Shown one piece after another: positions 10,547-20,289 of a stretch of DNA of 64,000 nt (position 1 is the first letter of the stretch; every line of letters begins with the position of its first letter). A program made the translations under genes and the position numbers. Below the pieces are notes generated by a model that ran no database searches, had not been told where the DNA came from, and worked only from the letters and a program-made list of their open reading frames with translations. Origin of the DNA: a virus (Duplodnaviria; Heunggongvirae; Uroviricota; Caudoviricetes); IMG/VR virus record IMGVR_UViG_3300028887_000098. The stretch is one strand, 5' to 3'.

Positions 10547-11032
10547 TTAGTTTAATTCGAATTCTGGAAGATCTTCAACCTTTTCTTCAACAGGGGTTGA
10601 TTCTTCGATTACTGGTTCTTCCTGAACTGTGACAGCCACCTCTTTCTTCTTTCTAGTTTTCTTTGGCTTATTTTCAACAACCGGAGTTTCTTCAGTTGTT
10701 TGCGTTGTTTCAACATTTGTTTCAGGAACATCTGTAACCTCTTCTACTTTATTTTCTTGTTGTTCTTTTTCTTTCTTAGCTTGTAAACCAGCAATAAATG
10801 CCTGGTATTCAGCTTCAAATGCATCCATTGACTTTGCAGGAGCAGAAACTGTAGAACCTCTACGTTCAGGAATGACAGGCGCAACAGGTTCTGACAATTC
10901 TATACCTGCCATCCTAGCATGTGCTTTATCAGATTCAGTATAGTTTGCATAGTTATTTGTATATCTGTCTCGCATTCTTGCTTGCAAGTCTTCTAAGAAA
11001 TTCTTGTGAATTGTATTAACTTTTCTTCCCAT
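10547..11032 (-). CDS. hypothetical acidic protein (start moved to internal Met)
   Basis: The tracked ORF 10547..11074 overlaps the upstream gene. The Met at 11030-11032 is preceded by AAGGAA and avoids the overlap. E/T/V/P-rich C-terminal half. Confidence 0.35.
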   Translation of the reverse strand: MGRKVNTIHKNFLEDLQARMRDRYTNNYANYTESDKAHARMAGIELSEPVAPVIPERRGSTVSAPAKSMDAFEAEYQAFIAGLQAKKEKEQQENKVEEVTDVPETNVETTQTTEETPVVENKPKKTRKKKEVAVTVQEEPVIEESTPVEEKVEDLPEFELN

Positions 11033-11036
11033 TTTA

Positions 11037-11417
11037 TTATTCCTTAATGTGTAACAACATTGTTTCGGGAACATTATAGACTATATATCCAGGCGGATTT
11101 GCCTTATTCCCTTTTATAATTTTTAATGTAAACAAATTTATATTATTTATTGGATCTGACCTGCCAATAATTTGATAAATACATACATCACCATCGACAT
11201 TACTTGTAACTTTGTCATTTATATCAAATGGTCTATATGTTTCATCAATCTCTACAGAATTTGTAGATTTTTCGATTGTTTCAGGATTTATTGTTTTTGC
11301 ATTTTTAACGGTAATAGTAAGTTCTCGAGCAATCCATTCAGGACAGTTCTTGCTACTTACTATTTTTTTAATACCATTTAAAAGAATATTTAGCTGTTCT
11401 TTTCGTATATCTTCCAT
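11037..11417 (-). CDS. hypothetical protein
   Basis: 126-aa ORF in a minus-strand operon. Confidence 0.3.
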   Translation of the reverse strand: MEDIRKEQLNILLNGIKKIVSSKNCPEWIARELTITVKNAKTINPETIEKSTNSVEIDETYRPFDINDKVTSNVDGDVCIYQIIGRSDPINNINLFTLKIIKGNKANPPGYIVYNVPETMLLHIKE

Positions 11418-11420
11418 AAG

Positions 11421-11999
11421 TTAGTTTGAATTATTTTCATCAAAGAACAACGTTTTTAAAATTTGAAGTTCTTTTTTAAATTTCTTCAAGCAATCTTCAA
11501 CAGTTTTGTCAAAATCGCGTAAATGTCCGCTTATTTGTCTTGCAAGTCTACCAGCACTTCCGGCTCTTGTTGGTGGATAGTTATTAGTTTCGAATCCTTT
11601 TATAAAGTCACTTTCGGTTTTTTGTTCATCATCAATAGTCTTATCGAAGAATTTTGAATACATTGTCCAACATGAATCTTCAAATGTCTCAATAGATTCT
11701 CTTAATTCATATCCTTCGCGAAGTCTACGTTTCTTTTTCTTTCTCTTTTTCTTTGGAATTTGATTTAACCAATAGCCTGGATGATGAGCAGCAGGAACAC
11801 CATTATAAAGTGGATTTGTTTTAAACGGAGAACGTTGATATAATAATCCCATACGTTGTGGACAACAACCTTTACAATCACCGCCATGTGGAATACCTTG
11901 GTCAGCACCAAGTGGTCCACCTACACCAATTCCGAAATCTTCGTCTAAAACTTTATAACCGTTTTCTTTAAGTACTTCTATTGCTTCATCTAAAGTCAT
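11421..11999 (-). CDS. putative packaged internal-protein-like protein; N-terminal targeting motif followed by a copy of the capsid protein maturation-site region
   Basis: N-terminus MTLDEAIEVLKENGYKVLDE|DFGIGVGGPLGADQGIPHGGDCKG is close to MCP residues ~52-78 (LLTE|DFTQGVGAPLGLDQGIPHGGDAKG). A KKKRKKKKRR basic patch follows. Confidence 0.5.
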   Translation of the reverse strand: MTLDEAIEVLKENGYKVLDEDFGIGVGGPLGADQGIPHGGDCKGCCPQRMGLLYQRSPFKTNPLYNGVPAAHHPGYWLNQIPKKKRKKKKRRLREGYELRESIETFEDSCWTMYSKFFDKTIDDEQKTESDFIKGFETNNYPPTRAGSAGRLARQISGHLRDFDKTVEDCLKKFKKELQILKTLFFDENNSN

Positions 12000-12006
12000 A
12001 AAAAAC

Positions 12007-12444
12007 CTATTTTATGTTTAATTTATACTTATTATTTATAGCATCTATATAAAAATTCCATTTATTTTGATGTGCATAGTTTTCTAAGTATAAAATTTTA
12101 TTAAATAAATCCATATTTTTTGAATTATAAGCATCAAATGCTGCAGAAATATCAGAACTGGTTAGTTCTAAAAAGACTTTATAATGTGTCATTTCATGTA
12201 ACATTGTCTTTTCGATTGCTTCATATGGTCTTTTATGGTTTTTAGAAATTTCGATTCTAGGATTTTTTAAAATTCTATTTTCAAAATCAATATCGAATTT
12301 GAAATATCCGTTTACATCTGGATCATCTATAATAATAACTGGAATTTTGATTAATGAATTATCAAAATACATGTTATTACATGCATCGAAAGTCTTATTT
12401 AAATATTTTTCTGTTAATTCAAAGTTGCTACTAAAAAGAGTCAT
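12007..12444 (-). CDS. putative zinc metallopeptidase (HExxH; SprT/WLM-like)
   Basis: A single MLHEMTHY motif (HExxH) in a 145-aa protein. Confidence 0.35.
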   Translation of the reverse strand: MTLFSSNFELTEKYLNKTFDACNNMYFDNSLIKIPVIIIDDPDVNGYFKFDIDFENRILKNPRIEISKNHKRPYEAIEKTMLHEMTHYKVFLELTSSDISAAFDAYNSKNMDLFNKILYLENYAHQNKWNFYIDAINNKYKLNIK

Positions 12445-12697
12445 AATCTCGCCATGATGATTTTAAGAAATCTGTTCTATCTTTTACAAATGTTTTATTA
12501 TTAACAGTTACTGTCACTGTTTTTGCAGTAGCTTCAACAACCATAACCTTGACTGGACAACATGCCTTTACTTCTGGAATTTTTGTCCAATAATAGTAAC
12601 CTTCTATGATATTAAAGCCATATCGTTCTTTTTCGCTTTTATGTAATCGTTCACATTCTGGACAACGTGGTCTTGGTGGTGGTGGTGGAAAAAACAT
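12431..12697 (-). CDS. small Cys-rich zinc-ribbon protein
   Basis: CPEC ... ACCPV cysteine pairs and an N-terminal PPPPPRPR stretch. Confidence 0.35.
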   Translation of the reverse strand: MFFPPPPPRPRCPECERLHKSEKERYGFNIIEGYYYWTKIPEVKACCPVKVMVVEATAKTVTVTVNNKTFVKDRTDFLKSSWRDYDSF

Positions 12698-12698
12698 A

Positions 12699-13238
12699 CT
12701 AATGCTTCCTTAATATAGTGTCTAACTCATCGTTTAATCGTCTGACAACATATTGCTTTGATAGTATTTCAGAGTTAAATAGGCAATTTTGAATTCGTTT
12801 ACCTTTATATAATCCTTTAATCCAGTTGACAGAAGATAAACAATACATTTTTGGACGTAACCATTCTCTAAGCTTGAACATTAACAAGTCAAGATTAGAA
12901 ATTGCGTTATGTTCTTCCTGGGTTTGTGGATTTCTTATTAATTTTCCATTACGGTCAATAAGACCTAGCTTATAAGCCTTTGTCGTTGATGGAATAGTAG
13001 TAATAGCTTTAAGAAAAACAAAAACAAGAACGTTATCTATGTCCCTGTTATGAGTACTTAAATTTATTTTCTTATTATGTGATTTTAAAGAGTATAATGT
13101 TTCATGTGCTTCTGTTAATATATCATTTGCTTCAAAATAAGCAGACATTGTTTCAGCATTGTTTACCAAACGCTGTAAACCAGAAACACTATTTTTATCT
13201 TCTAAGGCGTAAAAAAATCTTTCCCAGAGTTTTTCCAT
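12699..13238 (-). CDS. hypothetical protein
   Basis: 179-aa ORF. Confidence 0.3.
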   Translation of the reverse strand: MEKLWERFFYALEDKNSVSGLQRLVNNAETMSAYFEANDILTEAHETLYSLKSHNKKINLSTHNRDIDNVLVFVFLKAITTIPSTTKAYKLGLIDRNGKLIRNPQTQEEHNAISNLDLLMFKLREWLRPKMYCLSSVNWIKGLYKGKRIQNCLFNSEILSKQYVVRRLNDELDTILRKH

Positions 13239-13253
13239 ACAATATTTATAACC

Positions 13254-14114
13254 TTAACGACACCATTCAGTTTCATTGATAGAATTTCCATCATCGATTA
13301 TTTCATCAAAATATGTATTTTGTGTACAAGACTCTTGTTTTGGTCTATACATTTTTTGTGTTCCCAAATATGGATCTTGCTGTGTAGATGATGAAATTTC
13401 AGTTTTTAATTGAGTTGTTGTTCCATCTATTGTTGTTATTTGTTTATTTTCTTTTACAGTTTTATGTGTAATTGGGTCAGTTCTGACATCACCAAAACTC
13501 TTTTTAGATTCAGATTTTAAGAAATTATTATACTTTTCAGAAATAGAATCAGCAATCTTCTTCATCATACTTCTAATATTTAACATATTATGAAGTTTTG
13601 TATTAGGATCGTCTTTTAAAGTTCTCTGATGTGCAATCATGCAAGCGGAGTCACTGCAATATTTTTCATATCCACGAACAACACTTATAAAAGTTGTTTC
13701 TTTATGACATGTCGGACAATATCCTTCATCTTCTTTTCTGACATAAGTATCATAATAAAGCTTCGGGTTGAAGATATTATGGTCTCGTTTTAAATGATTA
13801 TTGAATTTCTTTGATGCTGCATTTGCAGAATCTGCAGAAATAACCATATCACAAATTTCACACCTAATTTCTGTGTATTCTTGTTGTTTTGGCGCTCTAT
13901 TGCTGCATGTTGTTGAACAATATTCTGCATAACCTTTGTTTAAACCGTTATAAGTAGTTGGTTTTCCACAAACTTTACAGATTCCTTCACCTTCTTTCTT
14001 AAGAAACTTGTCATAATACTCTTGAATGCCCAATTTATGGTCATTTTTGATATGAAGAGTAAAAGACATTGCGTCTTCATAAGTTCTTCCACATATTTTA
14101 CATTCGTAACTCAT
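13254..14114 (-). CDS. tandem zinc-finger protein (two C2H2-like + Cys4 repeats)
   Basis: Two repeats of [CxxC ... HxxxxH] followed by YYDxFxxKEgEGxCxxCxKxTTFxxxxxGYxxYCSxxC. Confidence 0.45.
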   Translation of the reverse strand: MSYECKICGRTYEDAMSFTLHIKNDHKLGIQEYYDKFLKKEGEGICKVCGKPTTYNGLNKGYAEYCSTTCSNRAPKQQEYTEIRCEICDMVISADSANAASKKFNNHLKRDHNIFNPKLYYDTYVRKEDEGYCPTCHKETTFISVVRGYEKYCSDSACMIAHQRTLKDDPNTKLHNMLNIRSMMKKIADSISEKYNNFLKSESKKSFGDVRTDPITHKTVKENKQITTIDGTTTQLKTEISSSTQQDPYLGTQKMYRPKQESCTQNTYFDEIIDDGNSINETEWCR

Positions 14115-14122
14115 CGTTAAAT

Positions 14123-14133
14123 ATTTATAAATA
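14123..14133. promoter_or_regulatory. palindromic late-promoter box TATTTATAAATA between divergent genes (TATAAATA on both strands)
   Basis: Seen in sequence. Serves 14163(+) at 30-nt spacing and 14114(-). Confidence 0.4.
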
Positions 14134-14162
14134 ATATAAAATCAATATTAAGGTTTAAAAAT

Positions 14163-17100
14163 ATGTCTGAAACAGTAGAGAAGAGCAAGTTTATTTTTAC
14201 AACTGAAGGACGTAATTCATTAGTTTCTCAGTTAGGCGGTATTCGTTTCGCTATTTTAGGTGCAGTTTTGATTCATGGTCTTGACATAGTAGACCCAGAA
14301 TCATTTTTTGATACATATAAAGGAGAAACGTTAGAATCTTTAACTTCTAAACCAGGAGTTATTTTAGGATTAAAGAATGTAAATTATATTACTTCAGAAA
14401 ATGGTATTTCTCCAGAAAATAATTATGTATATTTAGAAGCAATCCATAACATTACAAATAACTTGATTCCTTTGCATTATATTCCATCTACTGAATTGAC
14501 AGATGAGGAAACAAGTGTATTTGGTAATTATGAATTAGAGTTTGATAAGACTTTAATTAATTGGGATAATGCACACGATGTAACATTTAATCATATTTGT
14601 TTTATTGGAAAACAATATGCACAGACTGATGATGCTACTTATAATGTAGAAAAGACACAAAAACCAGTTCTTGCTGGTATTGCACAGATAGCTGGCACTC
14701 AACTTCTTGCAGAACAGAATGAATATGTAAATACTAAGTTACGTATTAGACTTACATTAGATGACCAAGATGAAGATATTGCACCAGTTGTTAAAACTGA
14801 AGCAGCACAAGAACTTTTGGATATTGCTGACAAAATGTCATTAGTTAATAATGGTGTTAAGACTGTTACTAGTGCATTTTCTATTACAGATAATAAACAA
14901 ATTGTAGACGATTTTAAATTAAATCCAGATGGTGCAGTCGCAATGACAAAGACATTGATGGTTGCAGAACCATATGATGCTAATGAATTAGAAAACGATT
15001 TCAACGGTGTAGGTTTATTACATCTTATTAATGCAAAAGATGCAGAACGTGAATATACTCCACAAGTTGTTCTTAGTACATTTGAAGGTATCAAACGTGA
15101 TAACGATAGCAATCCAATTAGTCCAATAAATGCATATAATGTTAAACTTTTATTACGTGGAACTAGTGGTGAACAAACTGTTGCTGGTAATGCAATAGAT
15201 GAAGGTTATGATTTACCATATGAAGATAGTTCTTATAGTTATAGTACTAGTTATAATGGAACTGATTATTATGGAACTGATGCAACAGGTGCAGAAAATG
15301 AAGCATTTAATTATGATTATGAAGGTTATATTACTCCAATATTTAAAATGGAGCCAATACCAGCAGATGATGAATTAGCTGTTGAATTTTTTGGTATTAA
15401 TAATAAAATTTTAGGTACTGATGATAGAGTTTTATTTTCCAAGAATAATATATTGTTCTCTAAATATATCAATTCTTCTGATGAACATATTAGAGAAAAT
15501 TTATTACTTACATCTGATTCTAACTTTTTAGATACAGCAAAAGGCAGTAATGTTTTAATAGGTTCGGATAATAATGCATTAAAAAACAGTTCTACTAATA
15601 ATAGTTTACTTAATTCAAATTATAATATTTTTGGACATGATGTTAATAATATAAACATTTTTGGTTCAACTGATAATTTTATTAATACAAATGTATCTTA
15701 TGCTGGTATAGAATCTTATGATATTTTCTTAACATTATGTGAAAAAAATAATATTGATGCTACAAGATATGGTATACTAGCAAATGCATGGAATAATGAA
15801 TTTGTTGATTGTAATAGTTTAACAATATTTAATACACATGATTCTGTAATATCAGAGGGTTATAGTATTGCTATTATAAATGGAAATGCTAATAATGTAA
15901 ATTTTTCTTATAATGATACTATAATTAATGGTAAAGACAATACTATTGATAATTCTAATCAAGTTGTAATGATTGGTAATAATTTATTTGTAAAAGATTA
16001 TAATGAAAATTTTGCAGATAATGAACCAACTGAACCATTATTGATTTTAGGTAAATTTAATAATTATGATGCAGAAGTTATAACTGATGCAGAAAATAGA
16101 CCAATGCAACCAGGCATTATATATGGTTTTGGTTCATCAAATAATGCACGTCAAAATGTATTAGAATTTTATCCATATAATGGCTTATTAAGACTTTATA
16201 ATAAAAGAACTGCTAAATGGACAGAAATTGGTGGTGACACTGGTTTAAAAATTCCAAATAATAATATTGAAGCAAAAAGTATTACAGTAAATGAATCTGT
16301 TAAAATGGGTTCTACTACTGAAGGTAAGATGATTTCTATAGATAAAACACAATCATCACCAACAATAAAACTTTTTACAGAAGCAGGTACAACATCTATT
16401 ACTGAGCAAAATGTTACAGTTAAGGGACCAGCAGTTAATCCTAATGAACGTATAGAGGTTAATAACAAAAGTATTAATTTCTATAATAGTAATAATAAAC
16501 TCGTATCAAAAATTGATAAAGATAGTCATTATCAAAAAGCACGTGCTGATATTGCTATTAAAGCAAAAACAGATATGGCACAGGCTGGTTTTGAATGTTC
16601 AGTATTAAGTTATCATGGTCCTAAAGCTATCGGTGATTGGATACGTAAAATTTGGGAACTTGCACCACCATTTGTCTATACTACTAATAATACATCTGAA
16701 ACAAATAATGCAATTTATAGCATATATACATCGAATGCTTGGACTAAAGCTGCAAACAGAACTGCATTTACATCATTTGTAACTAGTGAGATTGGAAGTA
16801 ACACATGTTTAGTAGCAACTAATAATGCAGAAACAAAGTATCTTAGTTATATAGATTCAGATATTATTAAAAATGAATTAGATTTAGATGAATTAGAAAT
16901 TAATTTGTTTGTTGATGATTATGCAGGTTATGATATGCATTTATTATGGGCATTAGATGAAAAAGTTATTGGAAATACATCACCTTTAATTAATACTGAA
17001 ATTAAACTAAATGTTTTCATAAATAGTTGTGCATATTCTAATGATGAAGGTGAAACTTTACATTTCTGGTCATTTAATAAAAATGGCGGCGCTTATAGAA

Positions 17101-17204
17101 ATGTCGAAATGAGCAGTTATGATAGATTTACAACATTAATTGCAAAACCTGGTTCTTTAAAATTATATCAAAATACACCTGTTGGTTGGTGGCGAATGAA
17201 TTAA
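14163..17204 (+). CDS. large structural protein (1013 aa), fibre-like
   Basis: Central region has degenerate 'xGSxNxhxGxxNN' repeats similar to the 51738..55289 fibre. Terminator immediately downstream. Confidence 0.4.
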   Translation: MSETVEKSKFIFTTEGRNSLVSQLGGIRFAILGAVLIHGLDIVDPESFFDTYKGETLESLTSKPGVILGLKNVNYITSENGISPENNYVYLEAIHNITNNLIPLHYIPSTELTDEETSVFGNYELEFDKTLINWDNAHDVTFNHICFIGKQYAQTDDATYNVEKTQKPVLAGIAQIAGTQLLAEQNEYVNTKLRIRLTLDDQDEDIAPVVKTEAAQELLDIADKMSLVNNGVKTVTSAFSITDNKQIVDDFKLNPDGAVAMTKTLMVAEPYDANELENDFNGVGLLHLINAKDAEREYTPQVVLSTFEGIKRDNDSNPISPINAYNVKLLLRGTSGEQTVAGNAIDEGYDLPYEDSSYSYSTSYNGTDYYGTDATGAENEAFNYDYEGYITPIFKMEPIPADDELAVEFFGINNKILGTDDRVLFSKNNILFSKYINSSDEHIRENLLLTSDSNFLDTAKGSNVLIGSDNNALKNSSTNNSLLNSNYNIFGHDVNNINIFGSTDNFINTNVSYAGIESYDIFLTLCEKNNIDATRYGILANAWNNEFVDCNSLTIFNTHDSVISEGYSIAIINGNANNVNFSYNDTIINGKDNTIDNSNQVVMIGNNLFVKDYNENFADNEPTEPLLILGKFNNYDAEVITDAENRPMQPGIIYGFGSSNNARQNVLEFYPYNGLLRLYNKRTAKWTEIGGDTGLKIPNNNIEAKSITVNESVKMGSTTEGKMISIDKTQSSPTIKLFTEAGTTSITEQNVTVKGPAVNPNERIEVNNKSINFYNSNNKLVSKIDKDSHYQKARADIAIKAKTDMAQAGFECSVLSYHGPKAIGDWIRKIWELAPPFVYTTNNTSETNNAIYSIYTSNAWTKAANRTAFTSFVTSEIGSNTCLVATNNAETKYLSYIDSDIIKNELDLDELEINLFVDDYAGYDMHLLWALDEKVIGNTSPLINTEIKLNVFINSCAYSNDEGETLHFWSFNKNGGAYRNVEMSSYDRFTTLIAKPGSLKLYQNTPVGWWRMN

Positions 17205-17223
17205 TCTAAATAATTATAAAAAT

Positions 17224-17257
17224 AAAAACCTTATACGAATTGTATAAGGTTTTTTCA
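17224..17257. terminator. bidirectional rho-independent terminator
   Basis: AAAAACCTTATAC-gaat-TGTATAAGGTTTTTT hairpin. Confidence 0.6.
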
Positions 17258-17272
17258 ATATTTAAGTAAAAT

Positions 17273-20167
17273 TTAATTTGCTTTATATTTTACATTAATC
17301 TTATTATAGACAACTGGAACTTCCATATCTGTACTGAAATTAACAATATTGTTATGTTCGTCAAGAATGGAGTCACAAATACCAGGTTTTATTAATGGAT
17401 ATATATCCATAATTAATCTTGTAGCAGCTTGCCATTCAATAGAATCATAATCAGTTGTATCATTTATAGCTTCACGTCCATTACCTGCAACAGCATAGAA
17501 ATTGTCTAAAATCATAGGAACAAAATAATTCCAGAAGCTATTTTCAGATATAGATTTAGCAATAGGAGAATTCAAGTTACCTCTACGTATGATTTCTTCT
17601 TTACGGATTGTATAATCATATATACTGCCAGATGCTTCAACTGGAACATCCACAATATAAGGTAATGGAATAGCACGTTGAACACTTGTTGTTTCCTGTA
17701 AATTACCTAACCAAGTAGTGAGAGCATAAGTAACACCATATAAGAATGTATTAGCTTCTAGCATATAATCTCCAATATTTTCTATGGAGAAATTAGAAGT
17801 AGATGCATAGTCATTATCAGTTGCTATAGAAATTTCAATACTGATTATACCATCTTCTGTAGATGCTTTTATTTCAGGATCGCTATTATCACTTAAATTA
17901 GCTCTATTTTCGATATTACGATAACTACCATCTATATTGGTATCACCTTCTGATTGCAAACTTAATGGATATAAGTAAATATAATTATCGTCAGATGCAA
18001 CATCACACATAATATTATATTCTTTTGTATATTTTGTTGCAGTTGATGAATCAGAACCAGTAACATTTGCAAATGTTATTTTGTAAAGAACCTTTCTGCC
18101 ATTAAATAATGCTTCACTTAAAATATTTCCAGATTGGTCAGTTTTAGAAAGCTGAATTTCATTCCACCAACCATAACCATATTTTTGAGGAACTTCAAAA
18201 TCTGTCTTGACCATACCACGTGCATTAGCATAAGAAGCTAAACCGTAATTTTGTTTAATTCTAAAATCCTTATTATATAAGTCAGTCCATTTATATTTTA
18301 TTTCATCAGATTTAACAATACTTGAAATCTTAATATCAATATCGACGGCTTTAGTATTATCGTTCTTATTGTATAAATCAATAATTTCAGATTTATAAAT
18401 CTTTCTGTCAGTAGCAAGTTTTTGATCAAGATATTCATATACCTTATTTTTCATAGTTCTGGTATATTCTTCAATATCTGTCAATGGATCGACATAAACA
18501 GTTCCAACAACGTCAAAATATTGAACAAATGGAACCATCGGCATTAAAATACTATTGACTTCAATCTTATGTTTACAATTTTCATAGATAAGTCTTGCAT
18601 TCTTTAGCCATTGTTCTGTTGCATCACCTCTGAAGATTTTGTTATAATAACCTTCATAAGAATAAAGCAATTTAATAAAGTCACAAATATGGTCAAGATA
18701 GCTACTACCATAAATTGTAACATCATTATTCTTTTCACTTGTATCAGTCAATAAGTTTCTTGGTTCCCAGTTACCGTTATTTTTTGCATACATGTGACCA
18801 AGAATACTATAGAAAATATTATTCTGAATTAATTTATGAGTAATATCATTTCCAATTTTCTTTTGAATTTCATGTTGACCATAAACAAGTGCATTTTGTG
18901 CAACAATTGGACTGGTCAATGCTCTGAAATATGCAGTATAATCATCTTTTGTAACCAATTTACCACAAGATGAGAAATATGCAGGAGCATTAATCTTTAT
19001 GCTGTTCTGATTTTCAAAATATTCACCACCATAAATATCAGAATTAATAATAAACTGAACGTTATTGGTAATATCAATAATAGTTCCGTCAACAGAAACG
19101 AAAATATTATTCGTATGCGACATAACAGAACCTTTGACACCAGTCATGTTACATGCTTTACCTTTAGAAGCAATATATTTTACGTAAATATTATCTTTAA
19201 CAGATTTTAAACCAATATCGCAAATTTTCGGTTCTGTACTAAAACTCAATCTAACAGTTTTATCAGAATTAGTATCAATAAGACAAACTTTGAATTTATT
19301 GTCAAGCGGTTTATTTTGCGGCCAATTTACGACTTTATCATTCAAATGAATTGCTTGAGTTTCAATTTCATAAGTATTGTCATGCTTAGAACCATCACCA
19401 TTTGTATAAATCGAGAAAGCGTCATCTTCGTCTGCACCGATACCGACTTTACACCAGCTCTTTGTCTTATCATAGACATTATTGTTGAAAGCATAAGGAT
19501 CGCGTTTTCCATACCAGTCACAGAAATCAAGGTCATTTATATCATAGAACTGATTAATTTCACCAATTTTATCAAGATTCGCAGTTCCTAAGATTTCTAT
19601 TGTTTTTCTTTCACCTTGGAAACACTTAATCGGAGTTGTATAGGTAGTATCATAATATGACATACCAGCCAATGGGATATAAGTTGCATTTTCTTTTGGA
19701 ACAGAAAAATACAAATCTTTATACCAGTCATTAGATTGGCCATTTATAATATCATCTCTTGTTAAAGTGTAGCTATAACCACTATCAAGGATATATTTGT
19801 TACCATTAAATGATAAATCCATTAAGTCTTGACTGAATATGATTTCTGTTCCTTCCTTTAATGTAGATGGTAAAGGTCCTTTTAAACGGATTATCAATTC
19901 ACATCTTGCTGGAATAGCTCTTCTAGGATTATAGCCGAGACTTTTTGCATGTTTAATGACACTAGAATCCAGTCTTGCAGTAGAAATAAAAGCTTCTTCT
20001 GCGGTTCTTTGCATATAAAAGTTTGTCATGTCCATACATGCGCAAAGCATTTCCTGGAACATGCCATAAATTGTAGCAGAACCGATATTCTTAAATCGCG
20101 GGTCAGAATTTAATCTAGCTCGGAAATCTTGTAGGAGCTGTTCGTAAGTTACATTTAAATAATTCAT
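17273..20167 (-). CDS. baseplate wedge protein, Baseplate_J / T4 gp6-like
   Basis: N-terminus YEQLLQDFRARLNSD ... GSATIYGMFQEMLCACMDMTNFYMQRTAEEAFISTA ... SLGYNPRRAIPA matches the conserved start of the gpJ/gp6 family. It lies beside the portal and tail genes. Confidence 0.55.
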   Translation of the reverse strand: MNYLNVTYEQLLQDFRARLNSDPRFKNIGSATIYGMFQEMLCACMDMTNFYMQRTAEEAFISTARLDSSVIKHAKSLGYNPRRAIPARCELIIRLKGPLPSTLKEGTEIIFSQDLMDLSFNGNKYILDSGYSYTLTRDDIINGQSNDWYKDLYFSVPKENATYIPLAGMSYYDTTYTTPIKCFQGERKTIEILGTANLDKIGEINQFYDINDLDFCDWYGKRDPYAFNNNVYDKTKSWCKVGIGADEDDAFSIYTNGDGSKHDNTYEIETQAIHLNDKVVNWPQNKPLDNKFKVCLIDTNSDKTVRLSFSTEPKICDIGLKSVKDNIYVKYIASKGKACNMTGVKGSVMSHTNNIFVSVDGTIIDITNNVQFIINSDIYGGEYFENQNSIKINAPAYFSSCGKLVTKDDYTAYFRALTSPIVAQNALVYGQHEIQKKIGNDITHKLIQNNIFYSILGHMYAKNNGNWEPRNLLTDTSEKNNDVTIYGSSYLDHICDFIKLLYSYEGYYNKIFRGDATEQWLKNARLIYENCKHKIEVNSILMPMVPFVQYFDVVGTVYVDPLTDIEEYTRTMKNKVYEYLDQKLATDRKIYKSEIIDLYNKNDNTKAVDIDIKISSIVKSDEIKYKWTDLYNKDFRIKQNYGLASYANARGMVKTDFEVPQKYGYGWWNEIQLSKTDQSGNILSEALFNGRKVLYKITFANVTGSDSSTATKYTKEYNIMCDVASDDNYIYLYPLSLQSEGDTNIDGSYRNIENRANLSDNSDPEIKASTEDGIISIEISIATDNDYASTSNFSIENIGDYMLEANTFLYGVTYALTTWLGNLQETTSVQRAIPLPYIVDVPVEASGSIYDYTIRKEEIIRRGNLNSPIAKSISENSFWNYFVPMILDNFYAVAGNGREAINDTTDYDSIEWQAATRLIMDIYPLIKPGICDSILDEHNNIVNFSTDMEVPVVYNKINVKYKAN

Positions 20168-20289
20168 GTGATTCTAAACCTTTTTAAACTTTTATATTAT
20201 TTATAATCTTTAGAAGCCTTCTGAGAAATTTTTGAATCTTTTGCATTATAAATAATACAAATAACAAATAATCTTAGAAAGGAATAACA

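Noticed and set aside
10547-11074. Full-length tracked ORF with MFPKQCCYTLRNNK N-terminal extension
   Set aside because: The extension overlaps the upstream gene by 38 nt and lacks an SD site. The internal ATG at 11032 has AAGGAA and removes the overlap.
14699-15112. Nested or antisense short ORFs (also 16196..16468, 19316..19591, 21049..21855, 24183..24833, 52143..52637, 54529..54813 and others)
   Set aside because: All lie inside longer, better-supported genes, lack start signals and have random-like composition.
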